DNA of 32,000 bases from NCBI RefSeq assembly GCF_000196555.1, contig NC_015067.1:1830001-1862000 (forward strand), written 5' to 3'. How positions within the stretch are numbered: the first letter of the stretch is position 1; each line of letters starts with the position of its first letter. The notes under the pieces were generated by a model. That model did no database searches. It had not been told where the DNA came from and saw only the letters and a program-made list of their open reading frames with translations. Shown piece after piece: positions 1-7,317 of this stretch. Position numbers and translations under genes: made by a program. This DNA comes from Bifidobacterium longum subsp. longum JCM 1217. GTDB lineage: Bacteria; Actinomycetota; Actinomycetes; Actinomycetales; Bifidobacteriaceae.

Positions 1-108
1 GTTGGTACCAACTTTGGTGGTCTCCTGCAGTTCCTTCAGAATGCCGCCGACAAAACGACCAGCCGGCTTCATTTCCTCGATTTCACGAGGGGTTTTCAGT
101 TCGATCAT
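1..108 (-). CDS. map: Methionine aminopeptidase, first 36 codons only (gene continues past the window start)
   Basis: Minus-strand translation from the ATG at 108..106 reads MIELKTPREIEEMKPAGRFVGGILKELQETTKVGTN, a typical type-I MetAP N-terminus. A purine-rich AAGGTAGAAAG lies upstream. It is absent from the ORF track because it runs off the window. Confidence 0.7.
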   Translation of the reverse strand, partial: MIELKTPREIEEMKPAGRFVGGILKELQETTKVGTN

Positions 109-217
109 GAGATTCTTTCTACCTTGTTGAGACTTGTTCTCAACTCTAGACCAGCCCGAGGTCAACCGCCAGAAGCCTACCTGAAATCCACTCGCAGCCC
201 ATTAATAGCCAAGGCCG

Positions 218-258
218 AGAAAAAGCGCCCGGCAGCACATAGCCTGCACGGGCGCTTT
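218..258 (-). terminator. Intrinsic terminator after the HdeD-like gene
   Basis: Perfect 10-bp stem AAAGCGCCCG (222-231) / CGGGCGCTTT (249-258). On the minus strand the stem runs into TTTTTCTC. Confidence 0.6.
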
Positions 259-297
259 GGATTGATTGTCTGGGGACTGGTTGCATGAAGCGTGAGA

Positions 298-1278
298 TTA
301 CTTGCGACGCTTGCCGAAAGTGAACGCGCGAATCACTGAAGTAATCCCCATCACCACCATGGCGCATCCGCCGAAGATAATCATGAATACGGCGGAGCTC
401 AGCGGGCTCATCAGCACCACGAAGCCGGCGATAATCGAGATGATGGCATAGGCGATGGCCCAGCCGGAATGCGGGATACGCCACGATTCAACCAGCGACA
501 GCACGCCTTCCATAATCCATCCGAAACCGACCATCAAAGTAATGAGTAATGCCAGCGTCTGACCGGTCATGCCGTAGTTGCGCACAACCACCACGCCGCC
601 AAAGGTCAGCAGAATGCCGACGAACACGTCCAGCACACGCCAGCCGCCCGGCAGACCCGGCTCCACGAGAGCGCTGACGATGCGCACCACGCCGGAAATC
701 ACGAAATACACGCCGAGCAACAATGCGGCCAAAGCCAGCGTCTTGTTCGGCACCAGCAACAGCGCAGCGCCCAAGGCGATGGCGGCCACGCCCACCACGC
801 CGTAAATGATGCGAATCTTGGTCTTGGCTTTTTCCGGCAGCCATTCCTCGATCAGGCGGAATGGACTGAAATTGCCGACATACCAGTTGGTCTGCTGCCA
901 GCCGGGTTGACTTTGATCGCCCCATGGACCATTCGGCTGCCCGTCCGCTTGGCTATTCGATTGGCCGTCCGCCTGATACCGCCGACCGTCCGGCCCCCAT
1001 GCCGGCTGGCCGTTCGGGTCATAGTTCGGATTGTAGGCGTACGGGCCGTAGTACGGGTTCTGGTTCGGTTCGCCTTGTGGCTGGCCGTTCTGCGCATGCT
1101 GATTCTGAGTGTCTTGCGCTCCCGGCGCACCTTGCGGAGGATATTGGCCGCCATGATTGCTGTCATACGCACCATACTGCGGTTGGCCCGGTTGACCCGC
1201 CGGATTCGGCTGGTTCGGCTGGCTCTGGTTGGGCTGGCCCGTCTGGCCATTCCACTGGTCCTCGTTCGGATTGCTCAT
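298..1278 (-). CDS. HdeD/DUF308-like multi-pass membrane protein with a ~150-aa Gln/Pro/Gly/Asn-rich N-terminal low-complexity region
   Basis: 326-aa ORF. The C-terminal half has repeated hydrophobic helices of the DUF308/HdeD type (GVVGVAAIALGAALLL..., FVISGVVRIVSAL, ...IIAGFVVLMSP..., GITSVIRAFTF). The N-terminal half is QPNQ/GQP-rich. The other ORFs overlapping this span are shadow frames. Confidence 0.75.
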   Translation of the reverse strand: MSNPNEDQWNGQTGQPNQSQPNQPNPAGQPGQPQYGAYDSNHGGQYPPQGAPGAQDTQNQHAQNGQPQGEPNQNPYYGPYAYNPNYDPNGQPAWGPDGRRYQADGQSNSQADGQPNGPWGDQSQPGWQQTNWYVGNFSPFRLIEEWLPEKAKTKIRIIYGVVGVAAIALGAALLLVPNKTLALAALLLGVYFVISGVVRIVSALVEPGLPGGWRVLDVFVGILLTFGGVVVVRNYGMTGQTLALLITLMVGFGWIMEGVLSLVESWRIPHSGWAIAYAIISIIAGFVVLMSPLSSAVFMIIFGGCAMVVMGITSVIRAFTFGKRRK

Positions 1279-1454
1279 CGTAACTCCTTAGCTCAAGGTC
1301 CATGTTCAGATTCCACATACTATGATAGACAAGTTGTCTAATTTGAACCATCACCACAATTAGGCAATCTGTCTAGTTCACTGACAGCGCAATGCCCATA
1401 ACGCAATATCTGCACCATCAACGCTTCTCCCCCGCCGCGATTAGGCTTAGGGCC

Positions 1455-3629
1455 ATGACCAACGAAACCGAAACGCTGACGTCGGGCATCGACCCGGCAT
1501 CGTTCTCCTCCGTCATCAAGCCGACCAACGACCTGTTCCGCTACGTGAATGGCCCATGGATCGACACCTACCGATTGCCCGACGATCGTTCGCGCTACGG
1601 CTCCTTCGACAAGCTTGCCGAAGACGCCGAAAACCAAGTACGCGACATCCTCGACGCCGACGACTGCCCGGCTGTCAAGTCTGAGGCCCTGTACCGCTCA
1701 TTCCTCAACACCGACGCCATAGAGGCCGCCGGGCTTGACCCAATCCGCGACGAGCTTGACCTCATCGATTCCGCCATCGACAAGGCCGCACTCACGCGCG
1801 TGCTCGGCACGATCAACCCAGCCGGCGGCCCCGATCTGTTCGGCTTGGCCGTTTACGGCGACCCGGGCGACCCGGACCGCAACATCGCCCACCTTGAGCA
1901 GGCCGGCCTTTGTCTGCCGGATGAAGCCTACTATCGCGAGGATCACTACGCTCCCGTGCGCGAAGCATACGTGGCGATGGTCGCCACCCAGCTGGTGAAC
2001 GCCGGATACGCGCCCGCCGCCGAGTCCAACGGTGGCGATGAGCTGCCGTCCAACACCGGCGATGACGAGAGCAACGCTCCCGCCACGGTTCCCAGCGAAG
2101 CCGCGCTCGGCATGGCCCGCCACTTCCTTGCCGTGGAAACCAAGATCGCCGCCAACCATTGGGACAATGTGGCCACGCGCGACTCGGTGAAGACCTACAA
2201 CCCCACCGATTACGCCGATCTGGCCGCCACGCTGAAAAACTTCGATCTCGGTTCTTGGATCGACGCTTGGCAGACCGCTTATGACGCCACCGAAGCCGCC
2301 AAGGCTCAGCCGATTGATTTCAAGTCTGTGTTCGCGCGCGTCATTGTGCACGAGCCGAGCTTCCTCACTGGTCTTGATGCGTTCTGGGCCGAGGCCGATC
2401 TGGCCGACCTTAAGCTGTGGGCCCGTGTTCACATGATTCTGGGCTTCGCCTCCTCCCTGTCTCGCGACTTCGACACCACCAACTTTGACTTCTACGGCAA
2501 GGTGCTCTCCGGTGCCAAGAAGCAGCGCGATCGTTGGAAGCGCGCGGTGAGCCTGGTCAACGGCATTTGTGGTGAAGATGTGGGCCGCGAATACGTGCGC
2601 CTGCACTTCCCCGAAAGCTCGAAGCGCCGCATGGAAGAGCTGGTCGCCAATCTGATTGACGCCTACCGCGTGTCCATCACCAATTCCGATTGGCTGGGCG
2701 AGGACACCAAGGCCAAGGCTCTGGAGAAGATCTCCAAGTTCACGCCGAAGATCGGCTACACCAACCACTGGCGCGATTATTCGGCGCTGAGTGTTTCCGC
2801 GGATGCGCTGCCCGCCGAGAACGCCAAGGCCGCGAACCTGTACGAGACCGGCTATCAGCTGGCCAAGGTCGGCAAGTCGGTCGACAAGGACGAATGGCTG
2901 ATGAATCCGCAGACGGTGAACGCCTACTACGAGCCGAGCATGAACGTCATCGTGTTCCCGGCCGCGATTCTGCAGCCCCCGTTCTTCGACCCGAAGGCCG
3001 AGGATGCGGCGAATTATGGCGGTATCGGCGCAGTGATCGGACACGAGATCGGCCATGGCTTCGACGATCAGGGTTCGCAGTATGACGGCGACGGCAAGCT
3101 CAACAACTGGTGGACCGACGAGGATCGCAAGAACTTCGAGGCCCGCACCGGCGCATTGATCGCCCAGTACAACAGCTTTGTGCCGCTGCAGCTGGCAGAG
3201 AAGTACGCTGACGAGTCTGATAAGGCGCCGCACGTGAACGGCGCGCTGACCATCGGCGAGAACATCGGCGATTTGGGCGGCGTGAACATCGCGCTCAAGG
3301 CGTATGCATTCGCGCTCGGCAAGGCGGCAGGTAAGCCCGACGCCGAAGAAGACGGCTCCCCCGCCGCCATCAAGGCACTGCTCGATACCGCCCCCGAAAT
3401 GGACGGATTCACCGGCCTGCAGCGCTTCTTCCTGAGCTACGCCTCCATCTGGCGCACCAAGAACCGCGACGAGCTGGCCGAACAGTACCTGCAGATCGAC
3501 CCGCATTCTCCAGCCGAATTCCGCACCAACGGCATCGCCAGCAACGTGGACCTCTTCTACGATGCCTTTGGCGTGACCGAAGGCGACGCCATGTGGCTCG
3601 CGCCCAAGGACCGTGTGAGCATTTGGTAA
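1455..3629 (+). CDS. pepO: M13-family zinc metalloendopeptidase (PepO / neprilysin-like)
   Basis: HExxH zinc motif VIGHEIGHGFD, downstream GENIGDLGG (ExxxD) motif, and an M13-type N-terminal DDFxxYVNGxW-like segment (NDLFRYVNGPWI). The track ORF starts at 1392; I prefer the ATG at 1455 (MTNETETL...), so the start is uncertain by 21 codons. Confidence 0.9.
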   Translation: MTNETETLTSGIDPASFSSVIKPTNDLFRYVNGPWIDTYRLPDDRSRYGSFDKLAEDAENQVRDILDADDCPAVKSEALYRSFLNTDAIEAAGLDPIRDELDLIDSAIDKAALTRVLGTINPAGGPDLFGLAVYGDPGDPDRNIAHLEQAGLCLPDEAYYREDHYAPVREAYVAMVATQLVNAGYAPAAESNGGDELPSNTGDDESNAPATVPSEAALGMARHFLAVETKIAANHWDNVATRDSVKTYNPTDYADLAATLKNFDLGSWIDAWQTAYDATEAAKAQPIDFKSVFARVIVHEPSFLTGLDAFWAEADLADLKLWARVHMILGFASSLSRDFDTTNFDFYGKVLSGAKKQRDRWKRAVSLVNGICGEDVGREYVRLHFPESSKRRMEELVANLIDAYRVSITNSDWLGEDTKAKALEKISKFTPKIGYTNHWRDYSALSVSADALPAENAKAANLYETGYQLAKVGKSVDKDEWLMNPQTVNAYYEPSMNVIVFPAAILQPPFFDPKAEDAANYGGIGAVIGHEIGHGFDDQGSQYDGDGKLNNWWTDEDRKNFEARTGALIAQYNSFVPLQLAEKYADESDKAPHVNGALTIGENIGDLGGVNIALKAYAFALGKAAGKPDAEEDGSPAAIKALLDTAPEMDGFTGLQRFFLSYASIWRTKNRDELAEQYLQIDPHSPAEFRTNGIASNVDLFYDAFGVTEGDAMWLAPKDRVSIW

Positions 3630-3646
3630 TCCCCGTTATGTAAGAG

Positions 3647-3692
3647 AAAACCGCTGTGCTTGCCTCGATTACAGGCGAACACAGCGGTTTTT
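3647..3692. terminator. Bidirectional intrinsic terminator between convergent pepO and the SSB paralog
   Basis: AAAACCGCTGTG (3647-3658) pairs with CACAGCGGTTTT (3680-3691). An A-run lies on one side and a T-run on the other, so it reads as stem plus U-tract on both strands. An inner GCCT/AGGC pairing shortens the loop. Confidence 0.7.
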
Positions 3693-3711
3693 CATGATGT
3701 ATGGTTGGCAC

Positions 3712-4455
3712 TCAGAATTCGGATTCGCTGGGATCGGAAGATTCGGCGAAACCGTCGACGTAGGTTTGTTGGGCTGCGGACTGTGGCTGATTAGCGCCAG
3801 CGTCCGGTTGCGACATGACGGCATCGGCCATGGACGCAGCCGCTGACTCGGTTGATGGCGACGGCGATTGGCCGGAATCGGAGGTGACCCCAAATTCGAC
3901 GGGGCCAGATTCCGACGAGGTCGCATACGGGTCAATGCCCACACCGGATGCGGCACCGTCCACACTATATTGCGTTGGCCTCATGTGCGGTGACGATGCT
4001 CGTTGCCCGTTTCCGCCATCCATGCCTTCGGCGGCACCATTGACATTGCCGTTACCGTTGCCACCATTGCCTCCGTTCCCATTACCGGCACGCTGTGGCT
4101 TGATCAGCGACGTGGTGCCGAAGGTCAGGTCATGCCCAATGTTGGTGGCTTCGAGAACGGTTCTACTGCGCGGTTCGCCTTGCTCATTGGTCCACTGCTC
4201 GGTGATGAGTGAGCCGACCACAATGATGCGGTCACCGCGGCGAACCGAACTGGCGGCGTTCACGGCCAAAGCACGGAACGCTTTGACGCCCACCCATGCG
4301 GTTCCGTAATCCTCCCATTGTCTGGTAGTCGGGTTGAGTCGACTGCGGGTGCTGCCCATACGGAATGTCAGCACGCGGAAACTCTCAGTTCCGCCTAGTG
4401 TCGGATCACCGGCCACAAAGCCGGTGACGGTCACTGCTGCTTGTTGATTTGCCAT
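3712..4455 (-). CDS. Single-stranded DNA-binding protein (SSB family) paralog with a long disordered tail
   Basis: From the ATG at 4455 (SD GGAAAGGA 6 nt upstream): MANQQAAVTVTGFVAGDPTL...FRVLTFRMGS...WEDYGTAWVGVKAFRALAVNAA.SVRRGDRIIVVGSL.TEQW.NEQGEPRSRTVLEATNIGHDLTFG is an SSB-type OB fold. It is followed by a Gly/Asn repeat (GNGNGGNGGNGNGNVNG) and an acidic C-terminal tip ...DPSESEF. The 48 codons upstream in the track ORF are Arg-rich and lack an RBS. Confidence 0.8.
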   Translation of the reverse strand: MANQQAAVTVTGFVAGDPTLGGTESFRVLTFRMGSTRSRLNPTTRQWEDYGTAWVGVKAFRALAVNAASSVRRGDRIIVVGSLITEQWTNEQGEPRSRTVLEATNIGHDLTFGTTSLIKPQRAGNGNGGNGGNGNGNVNGAAEGMDGGNGQRASSPHMRPTQYSVDGAASGVGIDPYATSSESGPVEFGVTSDSGQSPSPSTESAAASMADAVMSQPDAGANQPQSAAQQTYVDGFAESSDPSESEF

Positions 4456-4600
4456 GATCGGTCCTTTCCTCGGCCTGCTGGCCTGTTGTTTGGATGTGGA
4501 CCGCCGGAGCCTGTCTCCGGCTTCATTGCCGGCTTGCACGCCCCAGCGGTACCTCCACTGTGAGGCATGACGTTTGAAGCGCACAAGGGCAACTGGCAAA

Positions 4601-4659
4601 TGTGGATACTGTGACGCAGTTGAAATTTTAAGAATGTGGATAAGTTTCGGTTATCCACA
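4601..4659. promoter_or_regulatory. DnaA-box cluster: three boxes, two of them 9/9 consensus in an inverted pair
   Basis: TGTGGATAC at 4601-4609 matches 8/9. TGTGGATAA at 4635-4643 matches 9/9 as the reverse complement of TTATCCACA. TTATCCACA at 4651-4659 matches 9/9. The AT-rich TTGAAATTTTAAGAAT lies between the boxes. Confidence 0.5.
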
Positions 4660-4662
4660 ACA

Positions 4663-4696
4663 AAGCGCCATTCTGCGACTGGGCAGAATGGCGCTT
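4663..4696 (-). terminator. Intrinsic terminator after proS
   Basis: Perfect 14-bp stem AAGCGCCATTCTGC (4663-4676) / GCAGAATGGCGCTT (4683-4696) with a 6-nt loop. On the minus strand it is followed by TTGTTGTGG. Confidence 0.7.
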
Positions 4697-4730
4697 GATG
4701 CGATTAACGCCGAGGCTGAGTAAGTGGGAC

Positions 4731-6545
4731 TCAGCTGAGGGCGGCGAAGCGCTCGGCGAGCGCGTCGGCGGCTTCGGCGGCGGGCACGGCGACCTTGTTT
4801 TCGCCGTTGCGGTCGCGCAGTTCGATGGTGCCGTCGTTGACGTAATCGCGGCCGACCACGGCGACCAGCGGCACGCCGATCAGCTCGGCATCCTTGAACT
4901 TGACGCCCGGAGACACCTTCTTGCGGTCATCGTAAATAACCTCAAGGCCCTTGGCCTCAAGCTCGGCGACCAGCTTCTCGGCACCTTCAAACGCCACGGC
5001 GTCCTTGCCGGTGGCCACCACGTGCACGGCGGCCGGGGCAATCACGGACGGCCAAGCCAAGCCGGCTTCGTCGTGGTGTGTTTCGGCGATGCAGGCCAGC
5101 ACGCGGGAAACACCGATGCCATAGCAGCCCATCCACACCGGCACGGCCTTGCCGTTCTGGTCGAGCACCTTCAGGTCCAGTGCCTTGGAGTACTTGAGAC
5201 CCAGCTGGAACACCTGGCCGATTTCCACACCACGCTCGAAGCTCAACGGACCGGAACCATCCGGGCTCATGTCGCCGTGGCGAACCTCAACGGCTTCCAC
5301 CACGCCGTCGACCTTGAAGTCACGGCCGTACACCAGGTTGTAGTAGTCGACCTCGTTCTCATCGGCACCAGTGAACCAAGCGGAACCCTTGACCACGTGC
5401 GCGTCGATCAGGTAGCGAACCGGGTTCTTCACGCCAGCAGCCTCGGCCTGCGGGCCAAGCACCATCGGTCCGATGTAACCGGGCACCAGTTCGGGGTGCT
5501 GCTTCAGGTCTTCCTCAGTGGCTTCCTCAAGTTCGGCGGGCGCGAACTGGGCTTCCAGTCGCTTCATATCCACCGTACGGTCGCCGGGCACGCCGACGAC
5601 AATCACTTCACGCCACGGCTCGTCATGCTCTTCATCCTCAGGGTGCTTGACGGTGATCACCACGTTCTTGAGGATGTCGGAAGCCTGCCATTCACGGCCA
5701 TCAGTACGCGGGTGGTCGGCGTTGGCACGCTCGATCATGTTATCGATGGTCTTGGCATCCGGGGTGGCTTCCTTGGAAGCGGCGGGAGTGGTGGAAGCAT
5801 CGATTTCCGGTAGTTCCGGAGTGCTCAGGGCCTCCACATTCCATGCCTTGCCGGAAGGTGCCAGCGCGAAGGTATCTTCGCCGATCGGCATCGGAGCCAG
5901 GAACTCCTCGGATGCGGAGCCGCCCATCGGGCCGGACATGGCGAACACAGGTACGTACTTCAGGTCAAGACGCTGGAAGATACGCTCGTAAGCGCCGCGC
6001 TCGTCATAGTAGGCCTTGCGCATGCCTTCTTCATCGATGGTGAAGGAGTAGGCGTCCTTCATGACGAATTCACGACCACGGATCAGGCCGGCGCGCGGAC
6101 GGAACTCGTCGCGGTACTTGGTCTGGATCTGGTACAGGGTGACGGGCAGGTCCTTGTAAGAGGAGTACATGTCCTTGACCAGAAGGGTGAACATCTCCTC
6201 GTGGGTGGGGGCCAGCAGGTAATCGGCCTCGTGGCGATCCTTCAAACGGAAGATGTTATCGCCGTACTCCTCCCAGCGATGGGTGGCCTCGTAGGGTTCG
6301 CGCGGCAGCAGGGCCGGGAAGTGCACTTCCTGGGCGCCGATGCCGTTGATCTCCTCGCGGATGATGGCCTCGATCTTGTTCAGCACGCGCAGACCGAGCG
6401 GCAGCCAGGTCCAGATACCGGGTGCGGCCTTGCGGATATAGCCGGCGCGCTGCAGCAGCTTGGCTGAATCGACATCGGCATCAGCGGGGTCCTCGCGCAG
6501 GGTGCGCAGGAACATGGTTGACATACGAAGGGTATTGGAAGTCAT
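4731..6545 (-). CDS. proS: Proline--tRNA ligase (bacterial type with INS editing domain)
   Basis: Unambiguous ProRS sequence: [30 protein letters not shown]..., class-II motifs [16 protein letters not shown] and GCYGIGVSR, and a C-terminal anticodon-binding domain. The track start at 6575 is a TTG. In-frame ATGs lie at 6545, 6524 and 6515; I chose 6545. Confidence 0.92.
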   Translation of the reverse strand: MTSNTLRMSTMFLRTLREDPADADVDSAKLLQRAGYIRKAAPGIWTWLPLGLRVLNKIEAIIREEINGIGAQEVHFPALLPREPYEATHRWEEYGDNIFRLKDRHEADYLLAPTHEEMFTLLVKDMYSSYKDLPVTLYQIQTKYRDEFRPRAGLIRGREFVMKDAYSFTIDEEGMRKAYYDERGAYERIFQRLDLKYVPVFAMSGPMGGSASEEFLAPMPIGEDTFALAPSGKAWNVEALSTPELPEIDASTTPAASKEATPDAKTIDNMIERANADHPRTDGREWQASDILKNVVITVKHPEDEEHDEPWREVIVVGVPGDRTVDMKRLEAQFAPAELEEATEEDLKQHPELVPGYIGPMVLGPQAEAAGVKNPVRYLIDAHVVKGSAWFTGADENEVDYYNLVYGRDFKVDGVVEAVEVRHGDMSPDGSGPLSFERGVEIGQVFQLGLKYSKALDLKVLDQNGKAVPVWMGCYGIGVSRVLACIAETHHDEAGLAWPSVIAPAAVHVVATGKDAVAFEGAEKLVAELEAKGLEVIYDDRKKVSPGVKFKDAELIGVPLVAVVGRDYVNDGTIELRDRNGENKVAVPAAEAADALAERFAALS

Positions 6546-6665
6546 GTGTTCCACGATATTCGCGTGAACCGACAAGCCCGCCTGCTATTCGCACTATTCC
6601 GACCTTCATCTTGGCATTCGGACTCACTCGTGCAACAATGACGGCTAGAAGGGTAGAAGGGCACG

Positions 6666-6936
6666 ATGACGCAACCGACCGAGCAACAGGGGAATCAGCC
6701 GGAATCCTCGGAGCAGCCGGTGTATCAACCGGCCCCAGCATGGGCCCCGCAATTTTCTGCTGCAGCCCCCGCAATTCCCAACGGCAGTTCCACAACAAGC
6801 GGTATCGCAACAGCCAATGGCCATGCCACCGTTTGCGCAATCGCCTATGTCGGTCCCGGAACAAGCGGCCTGCCCGTATCAACCGTAACAGCCGGGCCGG
6901 GCCTATGCTTCTCCCTGCCCCTACCCGAATCCGGCA
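6666..6936 (+). pseudogene. Possible disrupted 5' part of a Gln/Pro-rich membrane-protein gene (frame change plus in-frame TAA before the membrane domain)
   Basis: The ATG at 6666 has an SD (tandem TAGAAGGG TAGAAGGG, then 4 nt) and opens MTQPTEQQGNQPESSEQPVYQPAPAWAPQ. From about 6770 the Gln/Pro-rich character continues only in the +1 frame (PTAVPQQAVSQQPMAMPPFAQSPMSVPEQAACPYQP), which hits TAA at 6886-6888. The same frame then reads straight into the 6937 ORF. Confidence 0.35.
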
Positions 6937-7293
6937 ATGGCCCAGCCGAACCAACCATCAGTCGCGCAAGAGCGATTCGGGCGTTCGTCGGGACGGCTGA
7001 CCGCATCACAGGTTATTGAGACATGCGCCACCATTCTTGCCGGCGTAATACTCCTCGGTCTTGCATGGACCAACCCGCAACCGTATGCCCCGGTGGATCT
7101 TATCGCCGGCCTGTCCGGAGCGGCCGCGCTGATTGTGGGTGTGCGTTTGCCGCAAGTACGCCCGATGCTGCGTAGCTGGCCGGCATTGTGGCTTGCTTTG
7201 GGCGGCATCATTCTGATTGTGGCAGCCGCGCGCTATGAGGCGAGCCTCAAATCGATGAGGACGATTGCCGCGCGTATTGGCGATCTGCGGTGA
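6937..7293 (+). CDS. Small hypothetical membrane protein (about 3 predicted TM helices); possibly the surviving 3' part of the gene starting at 6666
   Basis: 118-aa ORF with hydrophobic segments ILAGVILLGLAW, LIAGLSGAAALIVGV and PALWLALGGIILIVAAA. There is no obvious SD before the ATG at 6937. Confidence 0.5.
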   Translation: MAQPNQPSVAQERFGRSSGRLTASQVIETCATILAGVILLGLAWTNPQPYAPVDLIAGLSGAAALIVGVRLPQVRPMLRSWPALWLALGGIILIVAAARYEASLKSMRTIAARIGDLR

Positions 7294-7317
7294 ATCGCGC
7301 GGGCGACCTGAGGCAGA

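Noticed and set aside
1698-3506. 602-aa ORF antisense to pepO. Similar long shadow ORFs: 4695-5813 (opposite proS), 10611-12587 (opposite helicase/orn), 12611-14170 (opposite guaB), 14088-15113, 18066-18899, 21280-22353, 22305-23339, 23435-24634, 25260-26342, 26673-27803, and 29642-31132 / 29892-30947 (opposite or out of frame with the transposase).
   Set aside because: Each lies antisense to, or out of frame with, an ORF carrying unmistakable family motifs. Their translations are Arg/Gly/Ala/His/Val/Asp-rich with no recognisable motifs and no SD. Long stop-free antisense frames are expected in GC-rich DNA.
4541-4566. Possible additional fragment of the repeat family (TACCTCCACTGTGAGG) in the SSB-paralog leader
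   Set aside because: On re-reading, only a 4-bp stem (CCTC/GAGG) forms and similarity to the CCTCAC-TTC-GTGAGG hairpin is weak. It is indistinguishable from chance.
4456-4599. Upstream 48-codon extension of the SSB-paralog ORF. Likewise the 5' extensions of guaB (14156-14239), rpmE (24854-24985), the livK-like gene (22156-22194), xylB (26601-26630, TTG), the transposase (30917-30967) and the Memo-AMMECR1 gene (10268-10276, GTG).
   Set aside because: The extensions are Arg-rich or otherwise unlike the protein families, and several begin at TTG/GTG. In each case an internal ATG preceded by a good SD (a -10 box for guaB) gives the canonical family N-terminus.
4487-4662. The DnaA-box cluster as the chromosomal replication origin (oriC)
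   Set aside because: There are only three good boxes and about 16 nt of AT-rich DNA. No dnaA, dnaN or rpmH is nearby, and the cluster is wedged between a terminator and a gene leader. It is kept as a regulatory or titration-site candidate instead.
6422-7000. 192-aa ORF (and the antisense 6481-6954 ORF) spanning the proS upstream region and the Gln/Pro-rich gene
   Set aside because: It starts inside proS coding sequence on the opposite strand, its translation is Arg/Ser/Asn-rich junk, and it is a third frame over a region better explained by the 6666 and 6937 frames.
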